Source: Bdellovibrionota bacterium (GTDB lineage Bacteria; Bdellovibrionota_G; JALEGL01; DATDPG01). Taken from it: a DNA stretch of 64,000 bases. Under the pieces are notes generated by a model, which searched no databases, was not told the DNA's origin, and saw nothing but the letters and a program-made list of their open reading frames with translations. Numbering within the stretch: position 1 is the first letter of the stretch; every line of letters starts with the position of its first letter. Positions 47,716 to 57,835 of this stretch are shown here, piece by piece. The stretch covers positions 2,321,742 to 2,385,741 of the forward strand of contig OY764265.1 of NCBI GenBank assembly GCA_963668355.1, read 5' to 3'. Made by a program: the position numbers and the translations under genes.

Positions 47716-47821
47716 TCTAGGACCGGGAATTGTAGCAGGGTTGCGCGGAATTTTCATGGTTAAGAAAAAGAATATTTTTCGGTAGAAAGATGTTTTCGAC
47801 CATGCGAAGCTTCCCAGCACT

Positions 47822-49165
47822 ATGAGTCGCGAAGCCGTTTCGAGCAAAACTAGGCCCATTACCTCTCGGGAGGACCTTTTCGACGTTTTTGAAAACGGAG
47901 GAAGGCCTCGAACCCAGTTTTCAATTGGGTTGGAAAGCGAGCTGTTAGGCGTGGATTCCCAAACGGGAGAGTCCTTGCCTTTTGACGGGCCACGGGGGGT
48001 GGAAAAGACCCTGCGGGATCTTCATGAAACCTTCGGTGCAGAATGCGTCATGAATGGCGACCGAGTGATTGGCTTGATTCACGATGAGACGGCTGTGACC
48101 TTGGAACCCGGAGGCCAGTTGGAGCTTAGTAGCCGACAACATCAAAGCGTCGAAGGTGTGAAAAATGAGCTTTATCAACACTTGGCTGAATTGAAGTTTG
48201 TCTCCAAACGTTTGGGAACTAGCTGGTTGGCCCTAGGGGTGCAGCCGGTTACACCGCGCTCCAAAATCGCTTGGGTTCCTAAGTTTCGTTATCGGATCAT
48301 GCGCAATTATTATGAGAAACGGGCGGATTCTACGTTTGACATGATGTTGAAAACCGCATCGGTGCAGACCAACTTTGATTTTGTGGATGAGGCCGATGCA
48401 CGAAAGAAGATGCGTTTGGGTGGTTTGTTGGGACCGGTTTTGGGGGCTCTGTGTGCGAATTCGGCGATTGAAGAAGGAAAACTCAATGGCTTTGTGTCTC
48501 GTCGAATGGCCATCTGGCAAGATACTGACCTGGATCGCACCGGGGTGCCCAGCTTCTTTGTGGATGGCACGTTTTCTTTCGAAAAGTATGTGGACTATGC
48601 CTTAGATGTTCCGATGTACTTTATTTTGAGAAACGGAGAATACCTCGATCGCACAGGGACGACCTTTCGAGAATATATGAAAACGGCTCCCGATCGTGAC
48701 CCGGCAACCATGAGTGATTGGATCAATCATCTCACGACCTTGTTTCCAGATGTGCGCCTGAAAGGCCATTTGGAATTTCGAACCAGTGATGCGGTTGCTC
48801 CAAAACTGGTTCTCGCTGTGGCCGCTTTTTGGAAAGCCCTTACATTTGATGCCGATGCCACGGATGAAGCCTTGGAACGAACGAAAGCGTTTGGAATGAA
48901 AGAAATTCTTGCGGCCAATCGGAGTGTTTCCTACGAGGGCTTACAAGCTCAGATGGGAAAACAATCCATTTTAGAAATCGCTCGAAGCATTCTTGGCGTA
49001 GCAAAGGTGGGTTTGTCACGACTGGACCATCGAGATGGGACCTTTGACATTCAGTATCTCACTCCCTTTCTGGAAATTGCAGAGATCGGTCAGTCCCCAG
49101 GTGAAACGGCTCGAAAGAATTGGCACGGGGATATTCGACGCTTTATCCAATGTCATCAAATTTAA
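47822..49165 (+). CDS. Glutamate--cysteine ligase, GCS2 / plant-type family
   Basis: TLEPGGQLELSS resembles the plant-type GCL EPGGQ(F/L)ELSG signature. Length 447 aa. Confidence 0.55.
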   Translation: MSREAVSSKTRPITSREDLFDVFENGGRPRTQFSIGLESELLGVDSQTGESLPFDGPRGVEKTLRDLHETFGAECVMNGDRVIGLIHDETAVTLEPGGQLELSSRQHQSVEGVKNELYQHLAELKFVSKRLGTSWLALGVQPVTPRSKIAWVPKFRYRIMRNYYEKRADSTFDMMLKTASVQTNFDFVDEADARKKMRLGGLLGPVLGALCANSAIEEGKLNGFVSRRMAIWQDTDLDRTGVPSFFVDGTFSFEKYVDYALDVPMYFILRNGEYLDRTGTTFREYMKTAPDRDPATMSDWINHLTTLFPDVRLKGHLEFRTSDAVAPKLVLAVAAFWKALTFDADATDEALERTKAFGMKEILAANRSVSYEGLQAQMGKQSILEIARSILGVAKVGLSRLDHRDGTFDIQYLTPFLEIAEIGQSPGETARKNWHGDIRRFIQCHQI

Positions 49166-49590
49166 GTAGGACCTACTGGCTTCCAGCCCTCCTTTGGATG
49201 GGGATCATCTTTTTGTTTTCCAGTGATTTGTTTGCCGCTTCCCATACGGGATCTGTTTTCGAACTCTTGGTTCGAAGCGTTTGGCCCTCCATAAATGAAT
49301 CCACGTTAAAAACGCTCCATTTTGGATTTCGAAAATGTGCCCATATATTTTCTTATGGGCTGTTGGCTTTTTTTTATTCCGTTGGTTTGACGAAAAATTT
49401 TTCGTTTCGAAAGAAAGATCAATTCGGAATCATGGTGAAATCTTTCTTAGGGGCCGTTCTCTATGCCGGGCTGGATGAATGGCACCAGTCTTTTTCCGCG
49501 GTTCGAACGGGAACGATTCTTGATGTTGGTTGGGATGCTCTCGGAGCGTGCATTTTCCAACTTTGGATGTTTTTTGCAGGCAAAAAATAG
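49150..49590 (+). CDS. VanZ-like family membrane protein
   Basis: Four TM helices. Conserved LDEWHQSFSAVRTGTILDVGWDALG motif. Confidence 0.6.
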   Translation: MSSNLSRTYWLPALLWMGIIFLFSSDLFAASHTGSVFELLVRSVWPSINESTLKTLHFGFRKCAHIFSYGLLAFFYSVGLTKNFSFRKKDQFGIMVKSFLGAVLYAGLDEWHQSFSAVRTGTILDVGWDALGACIFQLWMFFAGKK

Positions 49591-49690
49591 CCATCTAAGT
49601 TTGACCGCGACCTTTCAAAGGCCCCAAAAATTTGTGGGCGCCTAAGCCGCCAAGGCCTTAGAGGAAACACTCGGTGTCTGGTAATCGCTT

Positions 49691-50995
49691 TTAAAGACGA
49701 ACGATTTTTGCGTTTTTCATGCCTTTCGTGGCATTGCGCGTATCCAAGATCAATCGAGATTTTTCAACGATTCGATCATAATCATAGACTTTATGGTTTG
49801 TCGTGATGACCACCAAATCCTGCTCTGCAAGCATTTCGTCATTGAGTTCAACGGACTCGACACACATTCCATTCTTTTTGAACGTCTTGGCATGAGGGTC
49901 GTTGTACGTGACTTTTGCTCCTCGCTCTTCCAAGAGCCGGAAGATGTCCAACGCGGGAGATTCCCTCAAGTCAGAAATGTCCGGTTTGTAGGCCATGCCC
50001 AAAAGGAGAATCTTTGAACCCCGGACGCTTCGTTCCACATTGTTTAACGTGTCGGAAACCAATGTGACGACGTGGTTGGGCATTCCTGTGTTGACCTCGG
50101 AAGCCAAGTCAATGAAGCGTGCATTGTAATTGAGTGTTCTTAGCTTCCAGGACAAGTAGAGTGGATCGATTGGAATGCAGTGTCCGCCTAGGCCTGGTCC
50201 CGGATAGAAAGGGGTGTATCCAAATGGTTTGGTTGCGGCGGCATCAATGACTTCCCACGTGTCGATGCCCAAAACTTGGCACATGATGGCCACTTCATTG
50301 ACCAATCCAATATTCACCGCACGATACGTGTTTTCCAAGAGTTTAACCATTTCCGCGACTTGGGTTGAACTTACGGGGACCACTTGTTCTACGATCTGGC
50401 TGTAGAGCATGGTTGCAATTTTTGTACATTCCTCGGTGGCTCCCCCGATGACTTTCGGTGTATTGCGAAGATAGTACTTGGGGTTTCCCGGATCGATGCG
50501 TTCGGGGGAGAAAGCCAAAAACAAATCTTTTCCGAGTTCCAGGTTGGCCTCTTTGGCCATGGGTTCCAAAATTTCCTCAGTTGTTCCCGGATAGGTTGTG
50601 GACTCCAAGATGACAAGCATTTGGGGATGAATGTACTTCGTGATTTCCTTTCGAGCCGAAAGGACATAGGAAATATCTGGGTCTTTCGTTTTTCCCAGAG
50701 GCGTTGGAACACAAACGCTCACAGCATCGATGCTTTTTAGGATCGAAAAGTCTGTCGTTGCTTTAAACTTTCCACTTTCCCCGGTGACGGAGGCTAAAAG
50801 ATCACTGGGAATATCCTCAACATAGCTTTCTCCTCGATTGAGTTGGTTTACTCGATCTTGGGAAATGTCAAAGCCGGTGACGGAAAAACCTTCCCGAGCT
50901 AATTCAACCGCCAAGGGGAGGCCTACATATCCCAGGCCAATGATTCCAATGTGAGCTGTTTTTGATTCGATTTTAGCTTTTAATTCTGCACTCAT
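49691..50995 (-). CDS. Nucleotide-sugar dehydrogenase (UDP-N-acetyl-D-glucosamine / mannosamine 6-dehydrogenase family)
   Basis: IGIIGLGYVGLPLAVELAREG Rossmann motif. Catalytic-Cys region GGHCIPIDP. Confidence 0.8.
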   Translation of the reverse strand: MSAELKAKIESKTAHIGIIGLGYVGLPLAVELAREGFSVTGFDISQDRVNQLNRGESYVEDIPSDLLASVTGESGKFKATTDFSILKSIDAVSVCVPTPLGKTKDPDISYVLSARKEITKYIHPQMLVILESTTYPGTTEEILEPMAKEANLELGKDLFLAFSPERIDPGNPKYYLRNTPKVIGGATEECTKIATMLYSQIVEQVVPVSSTQVAEMVKLLENTYRAVNIGLVNEVAIMCQVLGIDTWEVIDAAATKPFGYTPFYPGPGLGGHCIPIDPLYLSWKLRTLNYNARFIDLASEVNTGMPNHVVTLVSDTLNNVERSVRGSKILLLGMAYKPDISDLRESPALDIFRLLEERGAKVTYNDPHAKTFKKNGMCVESVELNDEMLAEQDLVVITTNHKVYDYDRIVEKSRLILDTRNATKGMKNAKIVRL

Positions 50996-51124
50996 GGGGC
51001 GATTTGGTACGCCTCTTCTTTTGATTTTGCAATGAAAGTAGACAGATTTTTGGCAAAAAAATGGGGTTTCAGAGAGGTTTGCTTCAGAGGCAATACGCGC
51101 TACGATGCGCTACCTGGAACCACA

Positions 51125-51940
51125 ATGAAGCTTTCATTCACAAAAATGCATGGGTTGGGAAATGATTTTGTCCTCCTGGATGGGCGGGATCAACCGGACT
51201 CCCCTTGGGGAAAATGGGCCGTCCAATTGCTGGACCGTAGATTCGGTGTGGGGGCCGACCAACTTTTGGTTATTTTGCCGTCCAAACGAGCTGACGTGTT
51301 TATGGGAACCTTCGAAAGGGATGGACGATCCTCAGAAATGTGTGGAAATGGTGCCAGATGCGTTGCCCGTTTTCTCTTCGAGCATTCGGATTCCAAGAAA
51401 GAATGGAAGGTTGAAACTCCGGGGGGCATCAAAGTCATTCGGGTTCACGACGTGGACGAGATTGAAGTGGATATGGGGCCTCCCGCGTTTGAGCATTCGC
51501 GGCAATTTCCTCAGATCGAAACGTGGCCTTTTCGTACCTTGATTCAAGGAGAAGAGCTGGAATTGTTTCCTGTTTCGATGGGCAATCCCCATGCGGTTTT
51601 ATTTGTCGAAAATGACACCGACCTCGAAAAAATCCAAATCCTCGGGCCCAAATTGGAAAGCGATCCGACCTTTCCTGAAGGGGTCAACTGCGAACTGGTT
51701 TATGTTCAGGATTTGCATCATGTGAAAGTCAGGGTGTGGGAGAGAGGGGCGGGAGAGACATTGGCTTGTGGAACGGGAGCTTGCGCAGTTGCTGCGGCTG
51801 CCATACAACACGGAATCGCTCAGAGTCCTGTAACGGTTGTTTTCAAAGGGGGGGCACTTCGTTTGGAGTGGAAACCTGGATCTTCGATGAAAATGACGGG
51901 ACCCGCCACGGAAGTTTTTCAAGGAGAAATTGACGTATGA
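51125..51940 (+). CDS. dapF: Diaminopimelate epimerase
   Basis: KMHGLGNDFVLLDGRD, MCGNGARC, NPHAVLFVEN, CGTGACA. Confidence 0.9.
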   Translation: MKLSFTKMHGLGNDFVLLDGRDQPDSPWGKWAVQLLDRRFGVGADQLLVILPSKRADVFMGTFERDGRSSEMCGNGARCVARFLFEHSDSKKEWKVETPGGIKVIRVHDVDEIEVDMGPPAFEHSRQFPQIETWPFRTLIQGEELELFPVSMGNPHAVLFVENDTDLEKIQILGPKLESDPTFPEGVNCELVYVQDLHHVKVRVWERGAGETLACGTGACAVAAAAIQHGIAQSPVTVVFKGGALRLEWKPGSSMKMTGPATEVFQGEIDV

Positions 51941-52818
51941 AATCATCATGGAAAGGCATTTTTGTCGCTACGGTCACGCCCTTTAAAAATGGAGAGGTGG
52001 ATGTGGATGCTTTCGTTAGGCATCTGGATCGTCTTTTGGAAGCCAACGTTCATGGAATTTGTCCGGCAGGGACTACGGGGGAAGGAAGTACTTTAAGTGA
52101 TCGTGAGTTTGCTTTGGTCGTGGAAACGGCCTTGCGAAGGACAGAAGGAAAGATCCCCGTGGTTGTTGGGACCGGAGCGAATGATACCGTTCGAACGGTG
52201 GATCGAACTCGGTTGGCCAAGACACTTGGAGCCGATGGCGCTTTGGTGGTGACTCCATACTACGTAAAGCCCACACAAGAAGGACTGATTCGGCATTATG
52301 AGACCTTGGTCAAGGAAGTTGATTTGCCGATGATGATGTACAACGTTCCGGGGAGGACGGCGGTGAATATGCTGCCAGAGACCGTAGAGAAACTGAGTCG
52401 ACACCAAAATATTGTGGCTCTCAAGGAATGTGCTTCGCTGAATCAAGTGGGAGAGGTTCTTCGGAACGTAGAGGGCCGTTTGTCTGTCTTCTCCGGGGAA
52501 GATGGTGTGATGTTTCCCTTCCTTGCGATGGGAGGAACCGGCGTGGTGTCGGTTCTGGCCAATGTGACCCCCGAACTTTGCGTTGCGTTGTATCGAGACG
52601 TCATGGAAAAGAACTTGGGTCAGGCGAAGGAAACATATGAACGACTGCTCGGTTTAACGAGTTGGCTTTTTTGCCAATCGAATCCCATTCCCGTAAAAGC
52701 GGCACTGGCTCATTTGGGAATCATGGAAAATGAGGTTCGATCCCCCTTATCTGAATTGGATCCGTGTTTTATGGAAGAGGGGATTCGGAAGATGAAAGAG
52801 ATTGGAGTGACATCATGA
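51937..52818 (+). CDS. dapA: 4-hydroxy-tetrahydrodipicolinate synthase
   Basis: GIFVATVTPFKNG...GICPAGTTGEGSTLS...TPYYVKP...ALKECAS. Confidence 0.9.
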   Translation: MKSSWKGIFVATVTPFKNGEVDVDAFVRHLDRLLEANVHGICPAGTTGEGSTLSDREFALVVETALRRTEGKIPVVVGTGANDTVRTVDRTRLAKTLGADGALVVTPYYVKPTQEGLIRHYETLVKEVDLPMMMYNVPGRTAVNMLPETVEKLSRHQNIVALKECASLNQVGEVLRNVEGRLSVFSGEDGVMFPFLAMGGTGVVSVLANVTPELCVALYRDVMEKNLGQAKETYERLLGLTSWLFCQSNPIPVKAALAHLGIMENEVRSPLSELDPCFMEEGIRKMKEIGVTS

Positions 52819-53627
52819 CAAAAGTTCGATTGGTTGTTCTTGGAGCCATGGGAAGAATGGGGCGCGCCATTTTGGATGCGATTGCCAATGATTCTTCCTT
52901 TCATTTGAAAGGGGCTGTGGTTCGAGAGAGCGCGAACAAATCTTCTAAAACCTCCAAGGGAGAAGGCCTGAAGAAACTCGGAAATGTCGCGCTTGAAACT
53001 TCGGTTGAGAGAGTGGCGACAAAACGAGATGTGGTTGTGGATGTGACTCAGCCGACTTCCGTGATTCGAAATGTTAACTGGGCAGCAAAAGCTGGAACGC
53101 CTTATGTTTTGGCGGTTACGGGTTTAAGTGAAAAAGCGGAAGCCGCAGTGGCCAAAGCGGCCAAAAAAATTCCCATCGTGGTTGCTCCAAATTTGAGTAT
53201 GGGGGTAGCCGTTCTAAGTGAAGTGGCTTGGATTGCGGCGGCCTTGTTGCCCGATTGTGAAATAGAAATTGTTGAATCTCATCACCGAGACAAAAAAGAT
53301 GCCCCTAGTGGAACAGCTCTTTCTTTGGCCCAGCTCATGATGGATGTGTCGAATCGAAAAGGCACCATCCAACTCGGACGTCCAGCCAAAGGAAAAACCA
53401 AGTCAGATTCTGTGACCATTCACTCATTACGTGGAGGAGATGTCGTAGGGGAACATCGCATTTATCTGACGATGAATGGAGAACGCATTGAACTCTCTCA
53501 TGTAGCCAATTCAAGGGCCATTTTTGCTCGAGGCGCATTGAAGGCCGCTCGCTTTGTTTATGGTCAGAAACCCGGAATCTATACGATGCACGACGTGATG
53601 GGACTGGGAGAAGAGAAGAGCGCATGA
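52815..53627 (+). CDS. dapB: 4-hydroxy-tetrahydrodipicolinate reductase
   Basis: KVRLVVLGAMGRMGRAIL...ESHHRDKKDAPSGTAL. ATGA overlap with dapA. Confidence 0.9.
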   Translation: MTKVRLVVLGAMGRMGRAILDAIANDSSFHLKGAVVRESANKSSKTSKGEGLKKLGNVALETSVERVATKRDVVVDVTQPTSVIRNVNWAAKAGTPYVLAVTGLSEKAEAAVAKAAKKIPIVVAPNLSMGVAVLSEVAWIAAALLPDCEIEIVESHHRDKKDAPSGTALSLAQLMMDVSNRKGTIQLGRPAKGKTKSDSVTIHSLRGGDVVGEHRIYLTMNGERIELSHVANSRAIFARGALKAARFVYGQKPGIYTMHDVMGLGEEKSA

Positions 53628-54790
53628 AAAATTGGCTTTGGTCTGAACGAATTTCGAGTCTCCCTCCGTATCTCTTTGCTGAGATTGATCGCATCCGGGG
53701 GGCATTGGAACAAGAAGGGGTGGATGTCATTGATTTGTCCATTGGGGATCCCGACCTTCCGACGCCCTCTCTCATTGTGGATCAGATGCGCAAAGAGATT
53801 GAGGATCCAAGGCATCATCAATATCCCTCCTATGTGGGGAGTTTGCGTTTTCGTCGAGCCGTAGCGCTTTGGATTCAAGATCGCTTTGGTGTCAAATTGG
53901 ATGCGGAAACGGAAGTCATCGCTTTAATTGGCTCAAAAGAGGGGATCGCGCATGCGCCCTTGGCTTTTTTAAATCCCGGAGAAGTAGGACTTGTGCCCAA
54001 TCCAGGATACCCCGTTTATGGAACCTCCGTTTCTTTTGCTGGAGGAAAAGCGGTGGAGGTGAAGCTGGATGCTTCCAAAGGTTATCTTCCGGATTTCTCT
54101 TCTCTTTCTTCCAATGACAAGGAGAAAGCGAAGCTTCTTTTTCTCAATTATCCTAATAATCCAACCGGCGCGACGTTGGACGGAAGTGATTTTGATAAAA
54201 TTCTTGAATGGGCGGAAACCCATCAAGTTTTGGTTTGTCATGATGCGGCCTATACGGAAGTCACGTTTGGTGGTTATGAGCCAAAGAGCATTCTTCAATC
54301 TCCCAAGGGAATGGCCAATGCCATCGAATTTCATAGCCTAAGCAAGACGTTTAATATGACCGGGTGGAGAATCGGCTTTGCGGTTGGAAATCGAGATGCC
54401 ATTGCAGGGTTGGGAAAGATTAAAACCAATGTCGATTCGGGAGTGTTTGGAGCCATTCAAGAAGCGGGAATCACGGCGCTTGAAAATTGGAAACAACTTC
54501 GCGATCAAAACAACCGCATTTATGAACATCGAAGAGATATGCTCTGCGAAGGCTTGAAACAATTGGGGATTGAGTTCTTCGTGCCGAGAGCTTCCTTCTA
54601 TGTTTGGTGCCGAGTGCCCACGGAAGAGACATCCGCCCAGTTTTGCTCCAGGGTATTGAAGGAAGCTGGAATTGCTCTGACGCCGGGAAACGGATTTGGA
54701 GATCATGGGGAGGGCTATTTCCGAATTTCGTTAACGGCATCTGAAGTTCGAATTCAAGAGGCGCTGTCCCGTTTACAAGGAAGGATCTAA
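53624..54790 (+). CDS. dapL: Class I/II aminotransferase, most likely LL-diaminopimelate aminotransferase
   Basis: LPPYLFAEIDR...IDLSIGDPDLPTP. PLP-lysine region SLSKTFNMTGWRIG. Lies in an operon with dapF-dapA-dapB. Confidence 0.55.
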   Translation: MKNWLWSERISSLPPYLFAEIDRIRGALEQEGVDVIDLSIGDPDLPTPSLIVDQMRKEIEDPRHHQYPSYVGSLRFRRAVALWIQDRFGVKLDAETEVIALIGSKEGIAHAPLAFLNPGEVGLVPNPGYPVYGTSVSFAGGKAVEVKLDASKGYLPDFSSLSSNDKEKAKLLFLNYPNNPTGATLDGSDFDKILEWAETHQVLVCHDAAYTEVTFGGYEPKSILQSPKGMANAIEFHSLSKTFNMTGWRIGFAVGNRDAIAGLGKIKTNVDSGVFGAIQEAGITALENWKQLRDQNNRIYEHRRDMLCEGLKQLGIEFFVPRASFYVWCRVPTEETSAQFCSRVLKEAGIALTPGNGFGDHGEGYFRISLTASEVRIQEALSRLQGRI

Positions 54791-55042
54791 GTGGGATTGG
54801 CTCGACTTTTTCTTTGGGGGCTTTTGTTTTACGGCCTTTGGAAAATGGCCAAACACTTTTTTACGTTGCGAGAACGTCTGAGATCTACGGCTTCGCAAAC
54901 CGAACCTGGAGTGGATGACGTATTGGTGAAAGATCCCGTTTGTGGTGCCATGGTGCCAAAAGGACAGGCGGTGATTCACCGAAGTTGGGGCAAGACGACC
55001 TATTTTTGTTCTGAGGCCTGCCGAGACAAAAAATTTGGTTGA
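54791..55042 (+). CDS. YHS/TRASH-domain small membrane protein (putative metal-binding)
   Basis: One TM helix, then DPVCGAMVPKGQA...TYFCSEACRDKKF. Confidence 0.6.
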   Translation: MGLARLFLWGLLFYGLWKMAKHFFTLRERLRSTASQTEPGVDDVLVKDPVCGAMVPKGQAVIHRSWGKTTYFCSEACRDKKFG

Positions 55043-55142
55043 TTTTGAAGGGCTTGGGCGAGTCCACAATCTTCACAAAACAGATTTTTCTCAAATATCA
55101 CAGTAACTTGACAGAGTTGGGTGCCTTCGATACCTCATAAAT

Positions 55143-55652
55143 ATGAAGTCATATCGTCTGCTCTGTGTCCTGGGTTGTTTATGTGTTTCATGGCTAGGAG
55201 CTTCCTCTGCCAAGGCTGCGGGAGGCTACCTCGATTACAAGCCTTTCAGTGCACGACTTGGAGTAGGGGCAAACTTTGGCCCGAATTCCTTTCTCGTTTT
55301 GGGCGGGGTCGAGGGGCATATTGATCGGTTTTTTTCGCTTGGGCCGCAATTTCAAGCGGGATTCAGTTCTTCGACCAAGCTTTACATTACCACCCTTGAG
55401 GGACGGTATACGCTTCCCCTCCATTCCATGATGGAGAGGGCCAAGCTTTCCATGCATGGCGGTGCCGGGCTAATTGTTCGGGACTTTCAAGGATTTCAAT
55501 TCAATGATTTTGTGTTCTCAACGGGTGTCGATTTCGATTATTTTGTGATCGAAGGAGTCACGGTTGGTCTCGGTGGAATACTCAACATCACAGGAAACTC
55601 AAATGAGCGATTCATTACGTCCGTCATGGGTTCCTGTGCGTATCATTTTTAA
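55143..55652 (+). CDS. Small outer-membrane beta-barrel protein
   Basis: Signal peptide ending ASSAKA. Alternating amphipathic strands. C-terminal ...YHF with terminal Phe. Confidence 0.65.
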   Translation: MKSYRLLCVLGCLCVSWLGASSAKAAGGYLDYKPFSARLGVGANFGPNSFLVLGGVEGHIDRFFSLGPQFQAGFSSSTKLYITTLEGRYTLPLHSMMERAKLSMHGGAGLIVRDFQGFQFNDFVFSTGVDFDYFVIEGVTVGLGGILNITGNSNERFITSVMGSCAYHF

Positions 55653-55672
55653 GACAAACGGAGGAAAGAATT

Positions 55673-56458
55673 GTGAAAATTGGTGTGTGTATCAAACAGG
55701 TTCCTGACACGGCTGCAAAAATCAGTGTGAATGGAGATGGCTCTGGAATTGTGGAAGAGGGCATTAAATTTGTCATGAGCCCTTATGATGAGTACGCCGT
55801 GGAAGAAGCATTGCTCACCAAAGAAAAGATTTCGGGGAGTGAGGTGGTTGCTTTTTCGGTGGGTCCCAAACGGGTTCAAGAGGCCCTTCGGAGTGCTTTG
55901 GCAATGGGGTGTGATCAAGCGGTTCACATCAATACCGAAGGGCAGGATTCGATCGATGCATTGGCTACGGCCAAAGCCTTGGCTTCCCAAGTAACGTCAC
56001 AGGGCGTGGGTCTGTTGTTTACGGGAAAACAAGCTGCGGATCATGATCACGCGCAAGTTAGTCAAATGTTAGCTGAACTCTTGACCTGGCCCCACGTGAC
56101 TGTGGTTAGCAAGTTTGAGTTGAATGGCGAAACCGGAGCCAAAGTCGAACGAGATGTTGAAGGTGGAAGCAAGCAGGTTTGGGAAGTTGAATTTCCTGCC
56201 GTTTTGGCAGCGAACAAGGGGCTAAACGAACCTCGGTACGCATCCTTAAAAGGAATCATGCAGGCGAAAAAGAAACCGATGAACGAAGTTCCTGTGGCAG
56301 ACGCCGTTGAAGGTCCAGATGCTTTGAACGCCAAAGTCAAACTGGAAAACTTTCGTGTGCCACCTGCTCGAAAAGCGGGGAAAGTCTTCAAAGATGATCC
56401 CAAGGCAGCGGCAAAAGAAGTGGCGCGACTGTTGCGTGAAGAGGCAAAAGTCATCTAA
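55673..56458 (+). CDS. etfB: Electron transfer flavoprotein beta subunit
   Basis: MKIGVCIKQVPDT...VMSPYDEYAVEEAL. GGAGGAAAG RBS before GTG. Confidence 0.9.
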   Translation: MKIGVCIKQVPDTAAKISVNGDGSGIVEEGIKFVMSPYDEYAVEEALLTKEKISGSEVVAFSVGPKRVQEALRSALAMGCDQAVHINTEGQDSIDALATAKALASQVTSQGVGLLFTGKQAADHDHAQVSQMLAELLTWPHVTVVSKFELNGETGAKVERDVEGGSKQVWEVEFPAVLAANKGLNEPRYASLKGIMQAKKKPMNEVPVADAVEGPDALNAKVKLENFRVPPARKAGKVFKDDPKAAAKEVARLLREEAKVI

Positions 56459-56470
56459 GGGGAGAGCGAA

Positions 56471-57457
56471 ATGGCAAATGATATTTTAGTATTGGTTGAA
56501 TCGGTAAATGGAAAACTTAAAGGCTCTTCGTGTGAATTGTTGAGTGAGGCCAAGAATCTCTCCGGAACCCTGGGTGGGGTGGTAAATGCAATAATCATCG
56601 GCGAAGGCGTTTCTTCCGCTGGTGAGCAAGCCGGAGAGTTTGGAGCGGAAAAAACGTTTGTGGCGGATGCGCCTGAATTCAAAGACTATAATCCCGAGAG
56701 ATATGCGGCCGTTCTGGAAGAAGCCTTCAAAGCTTCTCAACCTGCAGTGATTTTGGGAACCGCGAGCTCCATGGGTCGAGACTTGATGCCCCGAGTGGCA
56801 GCCAAGTTGGATACGGGGATGATTTCAGAGGGGATCGCCGTGCTATGTAGGGAAGGGCGGATTGTTGTGACACGACCCTTATATGCTGGAAAATGTCTGG
56901 CGGATGTTGTTATTCCGGAAGCCAATCCCCAAATCATTACCTGCAGGCCCAACGTGTTTGAAGTTGCCAAACCTGAGAGCGGAAAGAAAGCCGCTTTGGA
57001 AAAGGTGGGAGATGCCTCGAAAATTGAGAGCCGAGCCAAAATTGTGGAAGTCATTGGGAGCAAGAGTGATCGCCCCGATTTGACCGAAGCTGGCATCATT
57101 GTTTCGGCGGGCCGTCCTATCAAAAGCGAAGAAAACTTCAAAATCATGAACGAATTGGCAGATGTGATGGGAGCTGCTGTGGGAGCCTCAAGGGCCGCAG
57201 TTGATGCAGGCTTTGCGCCTCATGCCATTCAGGTTGGACAGACGGGAAAAACCGTAAACCCCAGTCTCTACTTTGCGTTTGGAATTTCAGGTGCCATCCA
57301 GCATCTTGCAGGAATGAGGACTTCGAAAGTGATTGTGGCCATCAATACAGATCCTGAAGCCCCAATTTTTCAGGTTGCGGACTATGGAATTGTAGGAGAT
57401 CTTTTTGAGGTGGCTCCAGCGCTGACGGAAGAAATCAAAACTTTGGTTAAGGAATAA
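56471..57457 (+). CDS. etfA: Electron transfer flavoprotein alpha subunit
   Basis: [15 protein letters not shown]...[33 protein letters not shown]. Confidence 0.9.
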   Translation: MANDILVLVESVNGKLKGSSCELLSEAKNLSGTLGGVVNAIIIGEGVSSAGEQAGEFGAEKTFVADAPEFKDYNPERYAAVLEEAFKASQPAVILGTASSMGRDLMPRVAAKLDTGMISEGIAVLCREGRIVVTRPLYAGKCLADVVIPEANPQIITCRPNVFEVAKPESGKKAALEKVGDASKIESRAKIVEVIGSKSDRPDLTEAGIIVSAGRPIKSEENFKIMNELADVMGAAVGASRAAVDAGFAPHAIQVGQTGKTVNPSLYFAFGISGAIQHLAGMRTSKVIVAINTDPEAPIFQVADYGIVGDLFEVAPALTEEIKTLVKE

Positions 57458-57459
57458 CT

Positions 57460-57828
57460 GTGAACGATCAACCCACAAAAGAGCGTCGTAGAAGTAAACG
57501 TGTTCCGATCCAAATGAAACTTTCTTTCACGTTCAATGGAAAGCCTCACGAAGGCGTAACAGAAAACGTGAGTACAGGAGGTTTTTTCGTTCGTTTGCCG
57601 GCGATCTTACCTATCGGAGCTAATATTCCTTTTTCGTTGTCTCATGAAAAGATGAAGAATCCATTCAAGGTGGTTGGAAAAGTCGTGCATTTGAAGACCA
57701 GTGTTGAAGAGGAAGATGTGGGGATCGGTGTTCAACTTCAGCAATTTGGAAAGGATCAAGAAGAGAATTTTGATGCGTACCGCAAGGTTCTTTCCGATTG
57801 GATTGCAGAGCACAGCGAAGACGATTGA
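57460..57828 (+). CDS. PilZ-domain protein (c-di-GMP receptor-type), immediately after etfA
   Basis: RRRSKRVPIQ (RxxxR) and NVSTGGFFV (D/NxSxGG). GTG start 3 nt after the etfA stop. Confidence 0.7.
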   Translation: MNDQPTKERRRSKRVPIQMKLSFTFNGKPHEGVTENVSTGGFFVRLPAILPIGANIPFSLSHEKMKNPFKVVGKVVHLKTSVEEEDVGIGVQLQQFGKDQEENFDAYRKVLSDWIAEHSEDD

Positions 57829-57835
57829 TCGCGAC

